From positions 1,696,001 to 1,760,000 of the forward strand of contig OZ253442.1 in the NCBI GenBank assembly GCA_965261085.1: a DNA stretch of 64,000 bases, in the 5' to 3' direction. Position 1 is the first letter of the stretch. The number at the start of each line of letters is the position of its first letter. Below the pieces are notes generated by a model that ran no database searches, was not told the origin of the DNA, and was given only the letters and a program-made list of their open reading frames with translations. This stretch comes from a bacterium. Its GTDB lineage: Bacteria > UBA8248. Position numbers and translations under genes: made by a program. Below are positions 51,982 to 61,203 of the stretch, piece after piece.

Positions 51982-52971
51982 ATGGCCAATATATCGATAC
52001 TGAAAGAGGGCGAGCGGTTCGATTCTTTTTTCAAGATCAAGGAATACGAGGCGCGCCAGAGCCGTGCGGGCAGGGAGTATCTCGATCTGACCCTGGAGGA
52101 CGCGACGGGCGAGGTTCCCGCCAAGGTCTGGGAGCCTGCGACCCAGGTGCAGGGGGCGATTCAGGCGGGCGATTTCATCAAGGTGCGGGCCGCAGCCGAG
52201 AACTACCAGGGCCGCTTGCAACTCAGGGTGGAGCGTGTCCGCCGGGTGAACGAGCAGGATTACGAGAGCGGCTTCAAGCACGAGGACTACGTGCAGCGCA
52301 CGCCTTACGATATCGACGTGATGTGGGAAGAGGCGAAACGCATCGCAGGCGGCTGCCACCCGCTCGTGGCCGCGTATCTCACGGCGATACTGAATGGGTA
52401 TGAAGAGAAATTCCGCGAATGGCCCGCCGCCCAGCGCATTCACCATCCTTATCTCGGCGGACTGCTCGAGCACACCTTATCAGTCACGAAAACGTGCCTA
52501 TATCTCGCGGATAAATACGACGTCTCAAAAGACCTCCTCGTCGCGGGCGCGCTCTTGCACGACATCGGAAAACTCGAGGAACTCTCCACCGAGGGCGCGA
52601 CGCACTACACCGCCGCCGGCCGCCTCCTCGGCCACATCGTGCTGGGGCGCGACATCGCCCGCGAATGGGCGCGGCGCGAGGGTGTTTTCCCAGAAGGAGA
52701 GTCGTTGCCCGAGGATTTTCTGCTGCATTTAGAGCACCTCATCCTCTCGCATCAGGGACAGCCCGACTGGGGCACCGTGAAAGTTCCCATGTCGGCGGAG
52801 GCGCTCCTGCTCCACTACGCGGACGACATCGACGCCAAGTTCAACCTGCTGAAGCGCGCGGTGGAGCAAGACGCCGGGGATGAGGATTTCACGGCCAGAA
52901 ACCACATCATGGCGCGCGCCTTCTACAAGGGTGGCCCGCCGCTCCCGCCGGAGAATCCGGCCGATGTATGA
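51982..52971 (+). CDS. yhaM: 3'-5' exoribonuclease YhaM-like (OB fold plus HD domain)
   Basis: YLDLTLEDATG, PAA..IHH...GGLLEH, LLHDIGK, ILSHQG, LHYADDIDAK. Confidence 0.85.
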   Translation: MANISILKEGERFDSFFKIKEYEARQSRAGREYLDLTLEDATGEVPAKVWEPATQVQGAIQAGDFIKVRAAAENYQGRLQLRVERVRRVNEQDYESGFKHEDYVQRTPYDIDVMWEEAKRIAGGCHPLVAAYLTAILNGYEEKFREWPAAQRIHHPYLGGLLEHTLSVTKTCLYLADKYDVSKDLLVAGALLHDIGKLEELSTEGATHYTAAGRLLGHIVLGRDIAREWARREGVFPEGESLPEDFLLHLEHLILSHQGQPDWGTVKVPMSAEALLLHYADDIDAKFNLLKRAVEQDAGDEDFTARNHIMARAFYKGGPPLPPENPADV

Positions 52972-53045
52972 GTTTGAAATGAATCTCGTCTCCTGCATAC
53001 ACCCCAACGCGGCTCGCCCCGGGCCACTGCTGGAGATTCCAGAAA

Positions 53046-53939
53046 ATGTCTAACCATATGAAAGAGATTATGAACGAGAAGACGGGGCGCATCGTCATGC
53101 TGGCGGTGGACCACGGCTATTTCCAGGGGCCGACCTCGGGTCTCGAAGAACCGGGGAAGACCATCGAACCTCTCTTGGCCTATTGCGACGCGGTGAGTCC
53201 CACGAAGGGCGTTTTCCTGCGCTGTATGCCGCCCGAGAGCAAGACGCCCGTCATCTTAAGGGCTACGGGCGGAAACGCCATCGTCTATTCAGACCCCGTG
53301 GAACTGGAGCGCGAGTTGAGCATCCGGGGAGCGGGCCTTGCGGATGAGGCGGCGCGCGAGGCGCTTCGAGAGCGAATCGCCGATGAAATCTTGAACCGCG
53401 AGTTATCGAACGAGTCCATCACCGTCTCGGCGGCGGAGGCGGCGCGACTGGGCGTGGCGGGCGTTTCGGTGTCCATCTACGTGGGCGCGCGCTACCAGAA
53501 AGAATCCATCCTGAACCTCGCGCGAATGAGCGATGAGGGGCGCAAGAATGGCTTGATCGTTTTGGGCATCACTGCGGTGGGCAAGGAGATGACGCGCGAC
53601 GCGCGCTATCTCGGGCTGGCGACGCGCATCGCGGCCGAGCACGGAGCGGACGTCGTGAAGACGTATTACTGCGAGGGGTTTGAGCGGGTGGTGCGCGGTT
53701 GTTTCGCGCCCATCGTCATCGCGGGCGGCAAGAAGGCGCCCGAGCGCGAGGCGCTCGCGTTTTGCCGCCGGGCCATCGATGAGGGAGCGGTGGGCGTGGA
53801 TATGGGCCGGAACATCTTCCAGAGCGCGCATCCGGTCGCGATGATTCAGGCGGTGCGCGCCGTCGTGCATGATAATGTAAGCCCCGACGCCGCCTATGAG
53901 ATGTTCGAGGATCTGAGCGCGGTGCCCCTCACGGATTGA
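53046..53939 (+). CDS. lsrF: LsrF-like class I aldolase/thiolase
   Basis: MLAVDHGYFQGPT, ELSNE, RIAAEHGADVVKTYY, IAGGKK, GVDMGRNIFQ. Confidence 0.85.
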   Translation: MSNHMKEIMNEKTGRIVMLAVDHGYFQGPTSGLEEPGKTIEPLLAYCDAVSPTKGVFLRCMPPESKTPVILRATGGNAIVYSDPVELERELSIRGAGLADEAAREALRERIADEILNRELSNESITVSAAEAARLGVAGVSVSIYVGARYQKESILNLARMSDEGRKNGLIVLGITAVGKEMTRDARYLGLATRIAAEHGADVVKTYYCEGFERVVRGCFAPIVIAGGKKAPEREALAFCRRAIDEGAVGVDMGRNIFQSAHPVAMIQAVRAVVHDNVSPDAAYEMFEDLSAVPLTD

Positions 53940-53963
53940 AATCGGACGCATAGCCCAGGAAGT

Positions 53964-54998
53964 ATGAAAATGCCTGATACCATGCAAGCGGCGGTTTATT
54001 ACCGAAACGACGACGTGCGGGTCGAGGAGATGGCCACGCCCCGCGCCGGAGCGGGCGAGCTTCTTATCGAGACGCGCGCGAGCGGCATCTGCGGCAGTGA
54101 CGTCATGGAGTGGTACCGGGTCAAAAACGCGCCGCGCGTTCTGGGCCACGAGGTGACGGGCGTCGTCGCGGAAGCGGGCGAGGGGGTGGAGCGTTTTAGT
54201 GTGGGTGATCGCGTCTGCGTGACCCATCACGTGCCGTGCAACCGCTGCGCGCATTGTCTGCGCGGAGACCACACGGCCTGCGCGACGCTCAAGAGCACGA
54301 ATTTCGACCCGGGCGGTTTCGCCGAATTCATCCGGGCGCCCGCCATCAACGTGGAGCGGGGGACGTTCCATCTGCCCGATGAGGTGTCCGATGACGCGGG
54401 CGTGTTCGTCGAACCCTTGGGCTGCGTCCTGCGCGGTTGGAAGCGTTTTCGGTTGACGCCGGGCCTGAGCGTCCTCGTGGTGGGAAGCGGCATGTCGGGT
54501 CTGCTGCACGTTCAGGCGGCGCGCCTCCTGGGAGCGGGCCCCGTTTTCGCGACGGACGTTCATCCTTATCGCTTAGACGCCGCCGAGCGGTTTGGCGCGC
54601 GCGCGCTGCCCCCGTGTGCGGATATGGCCGAGGCCCTACGGGAGGCGAACGGCGGCCGGCTGTCGGACCGCGTCGTCTTGTGCGCGGGCGCGCCCGAGGC
54701 GCTTGAGACGGCACTCGCGTGCGTGGCGTCTTGCGGCGTCTTGCAGCTTTTCGCCCCCACGCCGCCGGGTTACCGTCCCGAGATGGATTTGAACCGAATC
54801 TGGAGTGAGCAAATCGCCATCACCACCACCTACGGCGCGGCCCCGCTCGACCTGGAAGAAGCGCTCGCGCTCATTCGCGCCGGACGCCTGGACGTCGAGG
54901 AGATGATTACCCACAGGCTCCCGCTCGCGCAGGCGCAGGAGGGCTTCCGCCTCGTCGCCCAAGCTGGTGAATCGCTGAAGGTGGTGCTCAGGCCGTAG
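53964..54998 (+). CDS. Zn-dependent medium-chain alcohol/polyol dehydrogenase
   Basis: GICGSD, GHE, CNRCAHC...C, EPL, GSGMSG. Confidence 0.92.
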   Translation: MKMPDTMQAAVYYRNDDVRVEEMATPRAGAGELLIETRASGICGSDVMEWYRVKNAPRVLGHEVTGVVAEAGEGVERFSVGDRVCVTHHVPCNRCAHCLRGDHTACATLKSTNFDPGGFAEFIRAPAINVERGTFHLPDEVSDDAGVFVEPLGCVLRGWKRFRLTPGLSVLVVGSGMSGLLHVQAARLLGAGPVFATDVHPYRLDAAERFGARALPPCADMAEALREANGGRLSDRVVLCAGAPEALETALACVASCGVLQLFAPTPPGYRPEMDLNRIWSEQIAITTTYGAAPLDLEEALALIRAGRLDVEEMITHRLPLAQAQEGFRLVAQAGESLKVVLRP

Positions 54999-55017
54999 AG
55001 GCGCGTAAAGTCGAATC

Positions 55018-55046
55018 TTGCAGGAGGGGGCGAAAGAGGGTAGTGT
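55018..55046 (+). promoter_or_regulatory. Putative sigma70 promoter of module 1
   Basis: TTGCAG-N17-TAGTGT, conserved upstream of all three small genes. Confidence 0.6.
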
Positions 55047-55128
55047 TTTATACGAGATTGCGAGCCATGGGACGCGAGGCCATGGAGTTTCGTAGTGTGA
55101 AAATAAAGGACCCGTAAGGGGAAACGGG

Positions 55129-55344
55129 ATGACGGGTTTTGAAACGGCGACACTCGGGTTCTACACCATGCAGTCCATGATCGGGCTCGCGCAGTGCGGG
55201 CTCATCTGGATGGGCCTTAGGCAAATGGGCCGCTCTTCGGAATTGCGTGAAAGAGAAGGAGCGAGACGGCATGATGAGGTCATGAAAAATCACTCTGAAT
55301 CCATGACCGCGCTTAAGACGCTCATCGAGCGGACAGCGAAGTAA
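55129..55344 (+). CDS. Small membrane-anchored peptide, copy 1 (71 aa, one heptad)
   Basis: Three paralogues with mostly synonymous differences and in-frame indels; SD upstream; N-terminal hydrophobic helix. Confidence 0.8.
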   Translation: MTGFETATLGFYTMQSMIGLAQCGLIWMGLRQMGRSSELREREGARRHDEVMKNHSESMTALKTLIERTAK

Positions 55345-55366
55345 CACCCGCTTCCTACCACATTTC

Positions 55367-55398
55367 CCGCCTCCGTCCTCCAGGACGGGGGCTTTTTT
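55367..55398 (+). terminator. Rho-independent terminator of module 1
   Basis: GCCTCCGTCC-TCCA-GGACGGGGGC-TTTTTT. Confidence 0.8.
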
Positions 55399-55465
55399 CG
55401 TCGATCCTTTGCCACTCGTCCACGGGGTGGTAGGTCAGTTCGTTTTCGGGCGGGAGGCCCGAATC

Positions 55466-55494
55466 TTGCGGGAGGGGGCGAAAGAGGGTAGTAT
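55466..55494 (+). promoter_or_regulatory. Putative sigma70 promoter of module 2
   Basis: TTGCGG-N17-TAGTAT. Confidence 0.6.
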
Positions 55495-55584
55495 TTTGCC
55501 TGAGATTTCGAGCAACGCAGGGTGAGATGCCCTGGGTTCACGAGGTTTTCAATGTAACGACGGGGGACCCGTAAGGAGGAAGGA

Positions 55585-55821
55585 ATGACGGGTTTTGAAA
55601 CGGCGACACTCGGGTTCTACACCATGCAATCCATGATCGGGCTTGCGCAGTGCGGCCTCATCTGGATGGGCCTTAGGCAGATGAGCCGCTCCTCGGAATT
55701 GCGCGAAAGAGAAGGAGCCAGGCGGCATGAGGAGGTCATGAAAAATCATACCGAGACCATGAAAAATCACGAGGAGTCCATGACCTCCCTCAAGACGCTT
55801 ATCGAGCGGACAGCGAAGTAA
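55585..55821 (+). CDS. Small membrane-anchored peptide, copy 2 (78 aa, two heptads)
   Basis: Paralogue of copy 1; AAGGAGG SD. Confidence 0.8.
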   Translation: MTGFETATLGFYTMQSMIGLAQCGLIWMGLRQMSRSSELREREGARRHEEVMKNHTETMKNHEESMTSLKTLIERTAK

Positions 55822-55843
55822 CTCTCGCTTTCCGGCAGCCATA

Positions 55844-55876
55844 CCGCCTCCGTCCTTCGGGACGGGGGCTTTTTTC
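55844..55876 (+). terminator. Rho-independent terminator of module 2
   Basis: GCCTCCGTCC-TTCG-GGACGGGGGC-TTTTTT. Confidence 0.8.
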
Positions 55877-55942
55877 GTCGATCCTTTGCTACTCGTCCAC
55901 GGGATGGCGAGTCGGTTCGTTGTCAAACGCCATGCCCGAATC

Positions 55943-55971
55943 TTGCAGGAGGGGGCGAAAGAGGGTAGTGT
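55943..55971 (+). promoter_or_regulatory. Putative sigma70 promoter of module 3
   Basis: TTGCAG-N17-TAGTGT. Confidence 0.6.
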
Positions 55972-56053
55972 TTTATTCGAGATTGCGAGCCATGGGACGC
56001 GAGGCCATGGAGTTTCGTAGTGTGAAAATAAAGGACCCGCAAGGGGAAACGGG

Positions 56054-56332
56054 ATGACGGGTTTTGAAACGGCGACACTCGGGTTCTACACCATGCAGTC
56101 CATGATCGGGCTCGCGCAGTGCCTGCTCATCTGGATGGGCTTGAAGCAAATGGGCCGCTCCTCGGAATTGCGCGAAAGAGAAGGAGCCAGACGGCATGAT
56201 GAGGTCATTAAAAATCACGCCGAGACCATGAACAATCACGCGGAGTCCATGAACAATCACGCGGAGACCATGAAAAATCATGAGGAGTCCATGACCGCTC
56301 TCAAGACTTTAATCGAGCGGACGGCGAAGTAA
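56054..56332 (+). CDS. Small membrane-anchored peptide, copy 3 (92 aa, four heptads)
   Basis: Paralogue with IKNHAET-MNNHAES-MNNHAET-MKNHEES. Confidence 0.8.
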   Translation: MTGFETATLGFYTMQSMIGLAQCLLIWMGLKQMGRSSELREREGARRHDEVIKNHAETMNNHAESMNNHAETMKNHEESMTALKTLIERTAK

Positions 56333-56354
56333 CTCTCGCTTTCCGGCAGCCATA

Positions 56355-56388
56355 CCGCCTCCGTCCTTCGGGACGGGGGTTTTCTTTT
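56355..56388 (+). terminator. Rho-independent terminator of module 3
   Basis: GCCTCCGTCC-TTCG-GGACGGGGGT-TTTCTTTT. Confidence 0.8.
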
Positions 56389-56404
56389 GCTCTACAGATT
56401 GGTG

Positions 56405-58909
56405 TTACTCATCCACGGGGTGGTAGGTCAGTTCGTTTTCGGGCGGGGGGTCCTCGTCGCCCTCGGTTGCTTCATTCTCGTAAAGGGAATCGGGCGGGGC
56501 TTCTTCGGTGAATTGCGCCTCGTCCGCCTCGGTGTCCTGTATCTCCTCGGCCTCAGGCGAGGGAGGGGAAGCCTCCTTGAGGAGCGGGGCGAGTTTCGCC
56601 TCGCGGCGGATTCTTTCGGGCAGGCCGCTCCACCTTCTTCTCACGCGCGCGTTTCCTATCGCCATGGCGAGCGCTTTTTTCGCCCCGACGAGCACCACCA
56701 GCCGCCTCGCCCGCGTGAGGGCGGTGTAGACGAGGTTTCTCTGCAGCATCGGGTAGTGCTGGGTGTGGAGCGGGATGACGACGGCGGGGTATTCGCTTCC
56801 CTGGCTCTTGTGCACGGTGATGGCGTAGGCGTGCATCACCTCATCGAGCGCGCCGCGCGTGTATTCGACGACGTTCGAATCGAAGGCCACGCGAATGCTT
56901 CCCTCCTCGGGCGCTACGCTTTTGACGACGCCGATGTCGCCGTTGAACACGTCTTTTTCGTAGTTGTTCCTCACCTGGATGAGCTTGTCGCCCGTGCGGA
57001 ATGTGCGGCCCCCGCTCTGGAGCGCCGGGGCGTTTCCTGCGGGGTTGAGCGCTTCCTGTAAGCGCGCGTTCAAGCTCTGCACGCCGAGCACGCCGCGCTG
57101 CATGGGGGAGATGACCTGAAGATCGGCGATGGCGTCGATCCCGAACCGCTCGGGAATGCGCTCGCGGCACAGTTCGATGATGAGGTCCGCGCAGCGCTCC
57201 GCCTCGCTCTCCTCGATGAAATAGTAATCGAACGGTGCGTCTTCTTTTTCCCCTTTGCCGTTTCTGGGCATCTCGCCGCGGTTCACGCGGTGGGCGTTTT
57301 CGACGATCAGACTCTCCTGCGCCTGGCGGAAGACTTCGGTGAGCCGCACCACGGGGAGGGTTTCGGAGGTGATGGCGTCGCTCAGGACGTTGCCGGGCCC
57401 CACGGAGGGGAGTTGATCCACGTCGCCCACCAGGACGAGCGTCGCCGCGTCCGGCACCGCGCGCAGCAGATGGGCCGTCAGGTGCACGTCGAGCATCGAG
57501 GCCTCATCGATGATCACGATGTCCCCTGCGAGCGGGTTTTCCGCGTCGCGGGTAAAGCCGCCCGAGTGCCAGCTATACGCCAGCAATCTGTGGATGGTGG
57601 CCGCCTCGTGGCCGGTGACTTCCGAGAGGCGCTTGGCCGCCCGGCCCGTGGGCGCGCCCAGGATGACCTGGAGGCCGAGTTTCGTATAGAGGTTGGTGAC
57701 GGCGCTTACGATGGTCGTCTTGCCGGTGCCGGGGCCTCCCGTGACGATGAGCACTTTTTGCGTGAGCGCGCCCTCTATCGCCGCGCCCTGATTGCCGGTC
57801 GCCTTTCCGCCTTCGAGCGCGCGCCGGGCGAGGTGTCCGAGGCGCTCTTTGGTCGTGTTTCCGGGCGCTCCCTGCCCCCGCATGGCGGCTTCGAGGCGCG
57901 CCTCGTCACGCGGCGTGCAAATGAGCGCGGCGAGGCGGCGGGCGACCTCGCATTCCGCGGCGTACAGCGGTCGCGCGTAGACGCGCTTGCCCTCGGCCGA
58001 GGCCAGGTTCTCGGTCATGTTCGCCGATTCGATCACCAGGGCGCCGCCCTGGCCCAGGCTCTCGAGGACGGGGGTCAAGGCGTCGGCTTCCGTCTCGAGC
58101 ATTTCAGCGGCTGTCTCGACCAGATCCCCATAGGGCGAAAAGCAGTGGCCCTCGCGCTCGGCGAGTTGGTTCAGGACATAGACGGCTCCCGCCGCCAGGC
58201 GTTCGGGCGAGTCCGCGGGGATGCCCAGATTCTGGGCGATGCGGTCCGCGCTCTTGAAGCCCACGCCGTGAATCTCCGCCGCCAGGCGGTAGGGGTCTTC
58301 GCGGAGAATCCGTATGGAGGCTTCACCGTAGGTTCGGAGAATTTTCTCGGACAGATGAAGCGAGATGTCGTATTGACGCAGGAAGAGCATGATCTCCTTG
58401 ACCTCGCTCTGGCTCTTCCAGCTCTCGACGATCGCCTCGAGTTTCTTCGCGCCCAGTCCGTTGATTTCCGTGAGGCGCTCGGGTTGGTTGTCCAGAATGT
58501 CGAGGGATTTCTCGCCGAAGCGCGCCACGATTCTCCTGGCCAGCGCCGGGCCGATGTTCTTCACGATGCCCGAAGCCAGGTATTTTTCGATTCCCTCGAT
58601 CGTCGTGGGCTCCAGAGGGCGGGCGAGTTCGGCGTGGAACTGGCGGCCGAACCTGGGGTGATCCTTCCAGGCGCCCTCGAACCGGACGCGCTCGCCCTCG
58701 CGTATGGAAGAGAGATAACCCACCACGGCCACGCGCGGAAAATCCTCGTTGTCCGGCTGGACGAGCAAGACGGTGTAGCCGGTGTCCTCCGCGCGGAAGC
58801 GAATCCGCTCCACCGCGCCGGTCAGCTCGGTAGCGTCTTCGGGGAAAAGGCCCGCCTGGGGAGGAGGGGTCCCTCTTCTGGGGCGATGCGTTCTGGGTTT
58901 TCGCGTCAT
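56405..58909 (-). CDS. recD2: RecD2 ATP-dependent helicase
   Basis: HhH repeats (GIVKNIGP, GVGFKSAD), GGPGTGKT, APTGRAA, DEASM, GDVDQL, TVHKSQGSE, YTALTRA; acidic tail. Confidence 0.95.
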   Translation of the reverse strand: MTRKPRTHRPRRGTPPPQAGLFPEDATELTGAVERIRFRAEDTGYTVLLVQPDNEDFPRVAVVGYLSSIREGERVRFEGAWKDHPRFGRQFHAELARPLEPTTIEGIEKYLASGIVKNIGPALARRIVARFGEKSLDILDNQPERLTEINGLGAKKLEAIVESWKSQSEVKEIMLFLRQYDISLHLSEKILRTYGEASIRILREDPYRLAAEIHGVGFKSADRIAQNLGIPADSPERLAAGAVYVLNQLAEREGHCFSPYGDLVETAAEMLETEADALTPVLESLGQGGALVIESANMTENLASAEGKRVYARPLYAAECEVARRLAALICTPRDEARLEAAMRGQGAPGNTTKERLGHLARRALEGGKATGNQGAAIEGALTQKVLIVTGGPGTGKTTIVSAVTNLYTKLGLQVILGAPTGRAAKRLSEVTGHEAATIHRLLAYSWHSGGFTRDAENPLAGDIVIIDEASMLDVHLTAHLLRAVPDAATLVLVGDVDQLPSVGPGNVLSDAITSETLPVVRLTEVFRQAQESLIVENAHRVNRGEMPRNGKGEKEDAPFDYYFIEESEAERCADLIIELCRERIPERFGIDAIADLQVISPMQRGVLGVQSLNARLQEALNPAGNAPALQSGGRTFRTGDKLIQVRNNYEKDVFNGDIGVVKSVAPEEGSIRVAFDSNVVEYTRGALDEVMHAYAITVHKSQGSEYPAVVIPLHTQHYPMLQRNLVYTALTRARRLVVLVGAKKALAMAIGNARVRRRWSGLPERIRREAKLAPLLKEASPPSPEAEEIQDTEADEAQFTEEAPPDSLYENEATEGDEDPPPENELTYHPVDE

Positions 58910-58988
58910 GAATCGATCCTGGTCGCAGCCGGGCGGGCGGGGCGATGTGTCACCGGGTGCGCATGGCCGGGGTCGTGCGAGAGTCAGG

Positions 58989-59792
58989 TTAGCCCTCGCT
59001 CCTCCCGGCTTTTTTCGCTTCACTCCAAAGCGCTTCCAATTCTTCGAGAGACACGTCCTCGGGCGAGAGTCCCCGGGCGCGCAACGCTTGTTCCATATAA
59101 TGAAAACGCGCGGTGAAACGGCCGATGCAGGCGCGGGCCGCCCCCTCGGCGTTCACCCCGATCTTTCGGGAAAGGTTCACGGCGGCGAAGAGAAAATCAC
59201 CCATCTCCTCCTCCAGCGCCTCGCGGTCTCCGCTACGCATCGCCTCTTTGAGTTCCGTCCATTCTTCTTCCACCTTGTCCGCCGCTCCGGCCGCATCCGG
59301 CCAGTCGAAGCCCACGCGCGAGGCCTTTCCCTGAAGCCTTTGGGCGCGCTGGAGGGCAGGCATGGCGGCGGGCACGCCGTCGAGAATGGATGCGGAGTTG
59401 TTCTCGTCCTCCGCGCGGGCCTTTCTCTTGTTGATCTCCCAGTTTCTGAGCACCTCGCCGCTGGTTTCGGCGAGAGCGTCCTCGAACACGTGGGGATGGC
59501 GGTCGATCATCTTTTGGGCGAGGGCGCGGGCGGTCTCCTGGGCGTCGAAGTGTCCGTTCTCCTCCGCGAGTCGGCAGTGGAATAGCACCTGAAGCAGGAG
59601 GTCGCCCAACTCTTCTTTGAGCATCGCGGGGTCGCCCGCCTCGATGGCCTCCATCACCTCGTAGGCCTCCTCGATGAGGTAGGGCTTGAGACTCTGGTGG
59701 TTCTGCTCCTTGTCCCAGGGGCAGCCGTCCGGCGCTCTGAGGCGGGCCATGACCTCCACCGCGCGCTCGAAACCGCTTTTATTCTCGCTCAA
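58989..59792 (-). CDS. mazG: Nucleoside triphosphate pyrophosphohydrolase MazG
   Basis: LRAPDGCPWD.EQ, EEAYE, EELGDLL, RHPHVF, GFDW. Confidence 0.95.
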   Translation of the reverse strand: MSENKSGFERAVEVMARLRAPDGCPWDKEQNHQSLKPYLIEEAYEVMEAIEAGDPAMLKEELGDLLLQVLFHCRLAEENGHFDAQETARALAQKMIDRHPHVFEDALAETSGEVLRNWEINKRKARAEDENNSASILDGVPAAMPALQRAQRLQGKASRVGFDWPDAAGAADKVEEEWTELKEAMRSGDREALEEEMGDFLFAAVNLSRKIGVNAEGAARACIGRFTARFHYMEQALRARGLSPEDVSLEELEALWSEAKKAGRSEG

Positions 59793-60033
59793 GGCTTGGT
59801 GGCCTCATGATTGGGGAATTCCGACGCCCGCAGTATACGCGCAACCGCCGAAAACAAGCAATAAGGCTCTGGTGGGCAATATCGCATGATATGGGAGAAT
59901 CACAAGCCCCCGAGCGCAATATGTCGTGATGGGAGATGGGGCGCGGGGGGGAGTGGAGGAGTGATTCTGGAAACCACGTATGGGGAAGTAACGCGGGCGG
60001 ACATACAGGTCCAACTCTACATAAGGGAATACT

Positions 60034-61203
60034 CTACCAGCGCACGGAACCGAACAGGCCGATGCCGTGCGAGGCGTCGCCTCCCACGCGTTCGCGGCGG
60101 TCTCCTTCGAGCCTCAGGCTCACGCGATCGCCGACCCGCAGGCGTCCGCCCAGGCGGTAGGTCTGGCTTCCCCTGTCTGAGAGCGCAAGGCCGGCGTAGG
60201 GCTTGATGAGTGCGCCGCCGGGCGCGTCCATCCCGTAGCCCACTTCGGCTTCATAACGTGCGCCTTCACTCTGTACGCTCGAGGCCAGACTCGCCGTGGA
60301 GGCTTGCGACCAGAGACGCTCCGCCCCGCTCGCGGCGTCACCCCACGAGGAACCCACCCGCACCGAGAGGCCTCGTTTCCGGGTGCCCCAGGTGAAGTGA
60401 GCCGAACCCGACACGCCCATCTCGCTGAACCTGCTCTCCTCGTGCAGCAGCAAACCGCGCGCGTTCACGTCTATCACCATGTCCAGCGAGGGGTCGAAGA
60501 AACGGAAGCCGCCGCCCAGCTCGATGCCTCCTCCTTCTTCCGCGTCGCCTTTGTCGTAGCGTACGCCCATCACCAGCGAGGGCGTGATCGATGCGCCGTG
60601 TCCGAGCTTGTACTCTCGCGAACCCTCGAGAAGCAGCCGAAAGCGGTTCGTGTTCGTATCCACCGGGAGCAGTTTGTCGCGCACCTCATCCGCCTCTATC
60701 TCGACCACCATGACGTCGCCCTTCACCGCGAGGTCGTAGCCAATCTGGCGCGCCAACGGCAAGAGGGAACTACGGAAACCGAACGCCCCCATCCGCATCG
60801 AGATGTCGGTTTCGATCTTCTCGATACCTTCTTCTTTCTGCGCATACTCACCGTTCCCGAAACCGAACATGCCCCAGATAGTGAGGCGCTCGCTCACCGT
60901 GTAGCGGATGTAGGGATAAGCGCCCGTGAGCCTGGCCTCCACGTCGTTGCGCCGCCCGTCGATCGAGAAGTATCCCTCGCCCAGGGTGTGTGAGAGCGCG
61001 ACGCCCACCATGGTGCGGCCCCATTCGAAATCGCTCCCAATAGTGCCCGTGGTCACGTCGCCGTCGAAGGTGGAACTGTTCTCATCCCCAAAGAAGCTCG
61101 TCCGCGAGCCCCGGCCCCAGGCCGTCCAACTCGCGCCCAGGCCGTTTTCTGCGTTCTGCGCCGAGGCGAGATGGAACGAACTCGCCAGAAGAAGGTCGCT
61201 CAT
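60034..61203 (-). CDS. Autotransporter-like beta-barrel portion (probably the 3' part of one frameshifted gene)
   Basis: LLLASSFHL, WTAWGRG, GVALSH..GEG, YPY, GVRYD.GDAE.G.G.E.GGG, PYAG, C-terminal VRW. Confidence 0.8.
   Translation of the reverse strand: MSDLLLASSFHLASAQNAENGLGASWTAWGRGSRTSFFGDENSSTFDGDVTTGTIGSDFEWGRTMVGVALSHTLGEGYFSIDGRRNDVEARLTGAYPYIRYTVSERLTIWGMFGFGNGEYAQKEEGIEKIETDISMRMGAFGFRSSLLPLARQIGYDLAVKGDVMVVEIEADEVRDKLLPVDTNTNRFRLLLEGSREYKLGHGASITPSLVMGVRYDKGDAEEGGGIELGGGFRFFDPSLDMVIDVNARGLLLHEESRFSEMGVSGSAHFTWGTRKRGLSVRVGSSWGDAASGAERLWSQASTASLASSVQSEGARYEAEVGYGMDAPGGALIKPYAGLALSDRGSQTYRLGGRLRVGDRVSLRLEGDRRERVGGDASHGIGLFGSVRW

Noticed and set aside
57290-59116. 608-aa plus-strand ORF
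   Set aside because: Antisense shadow of recD2
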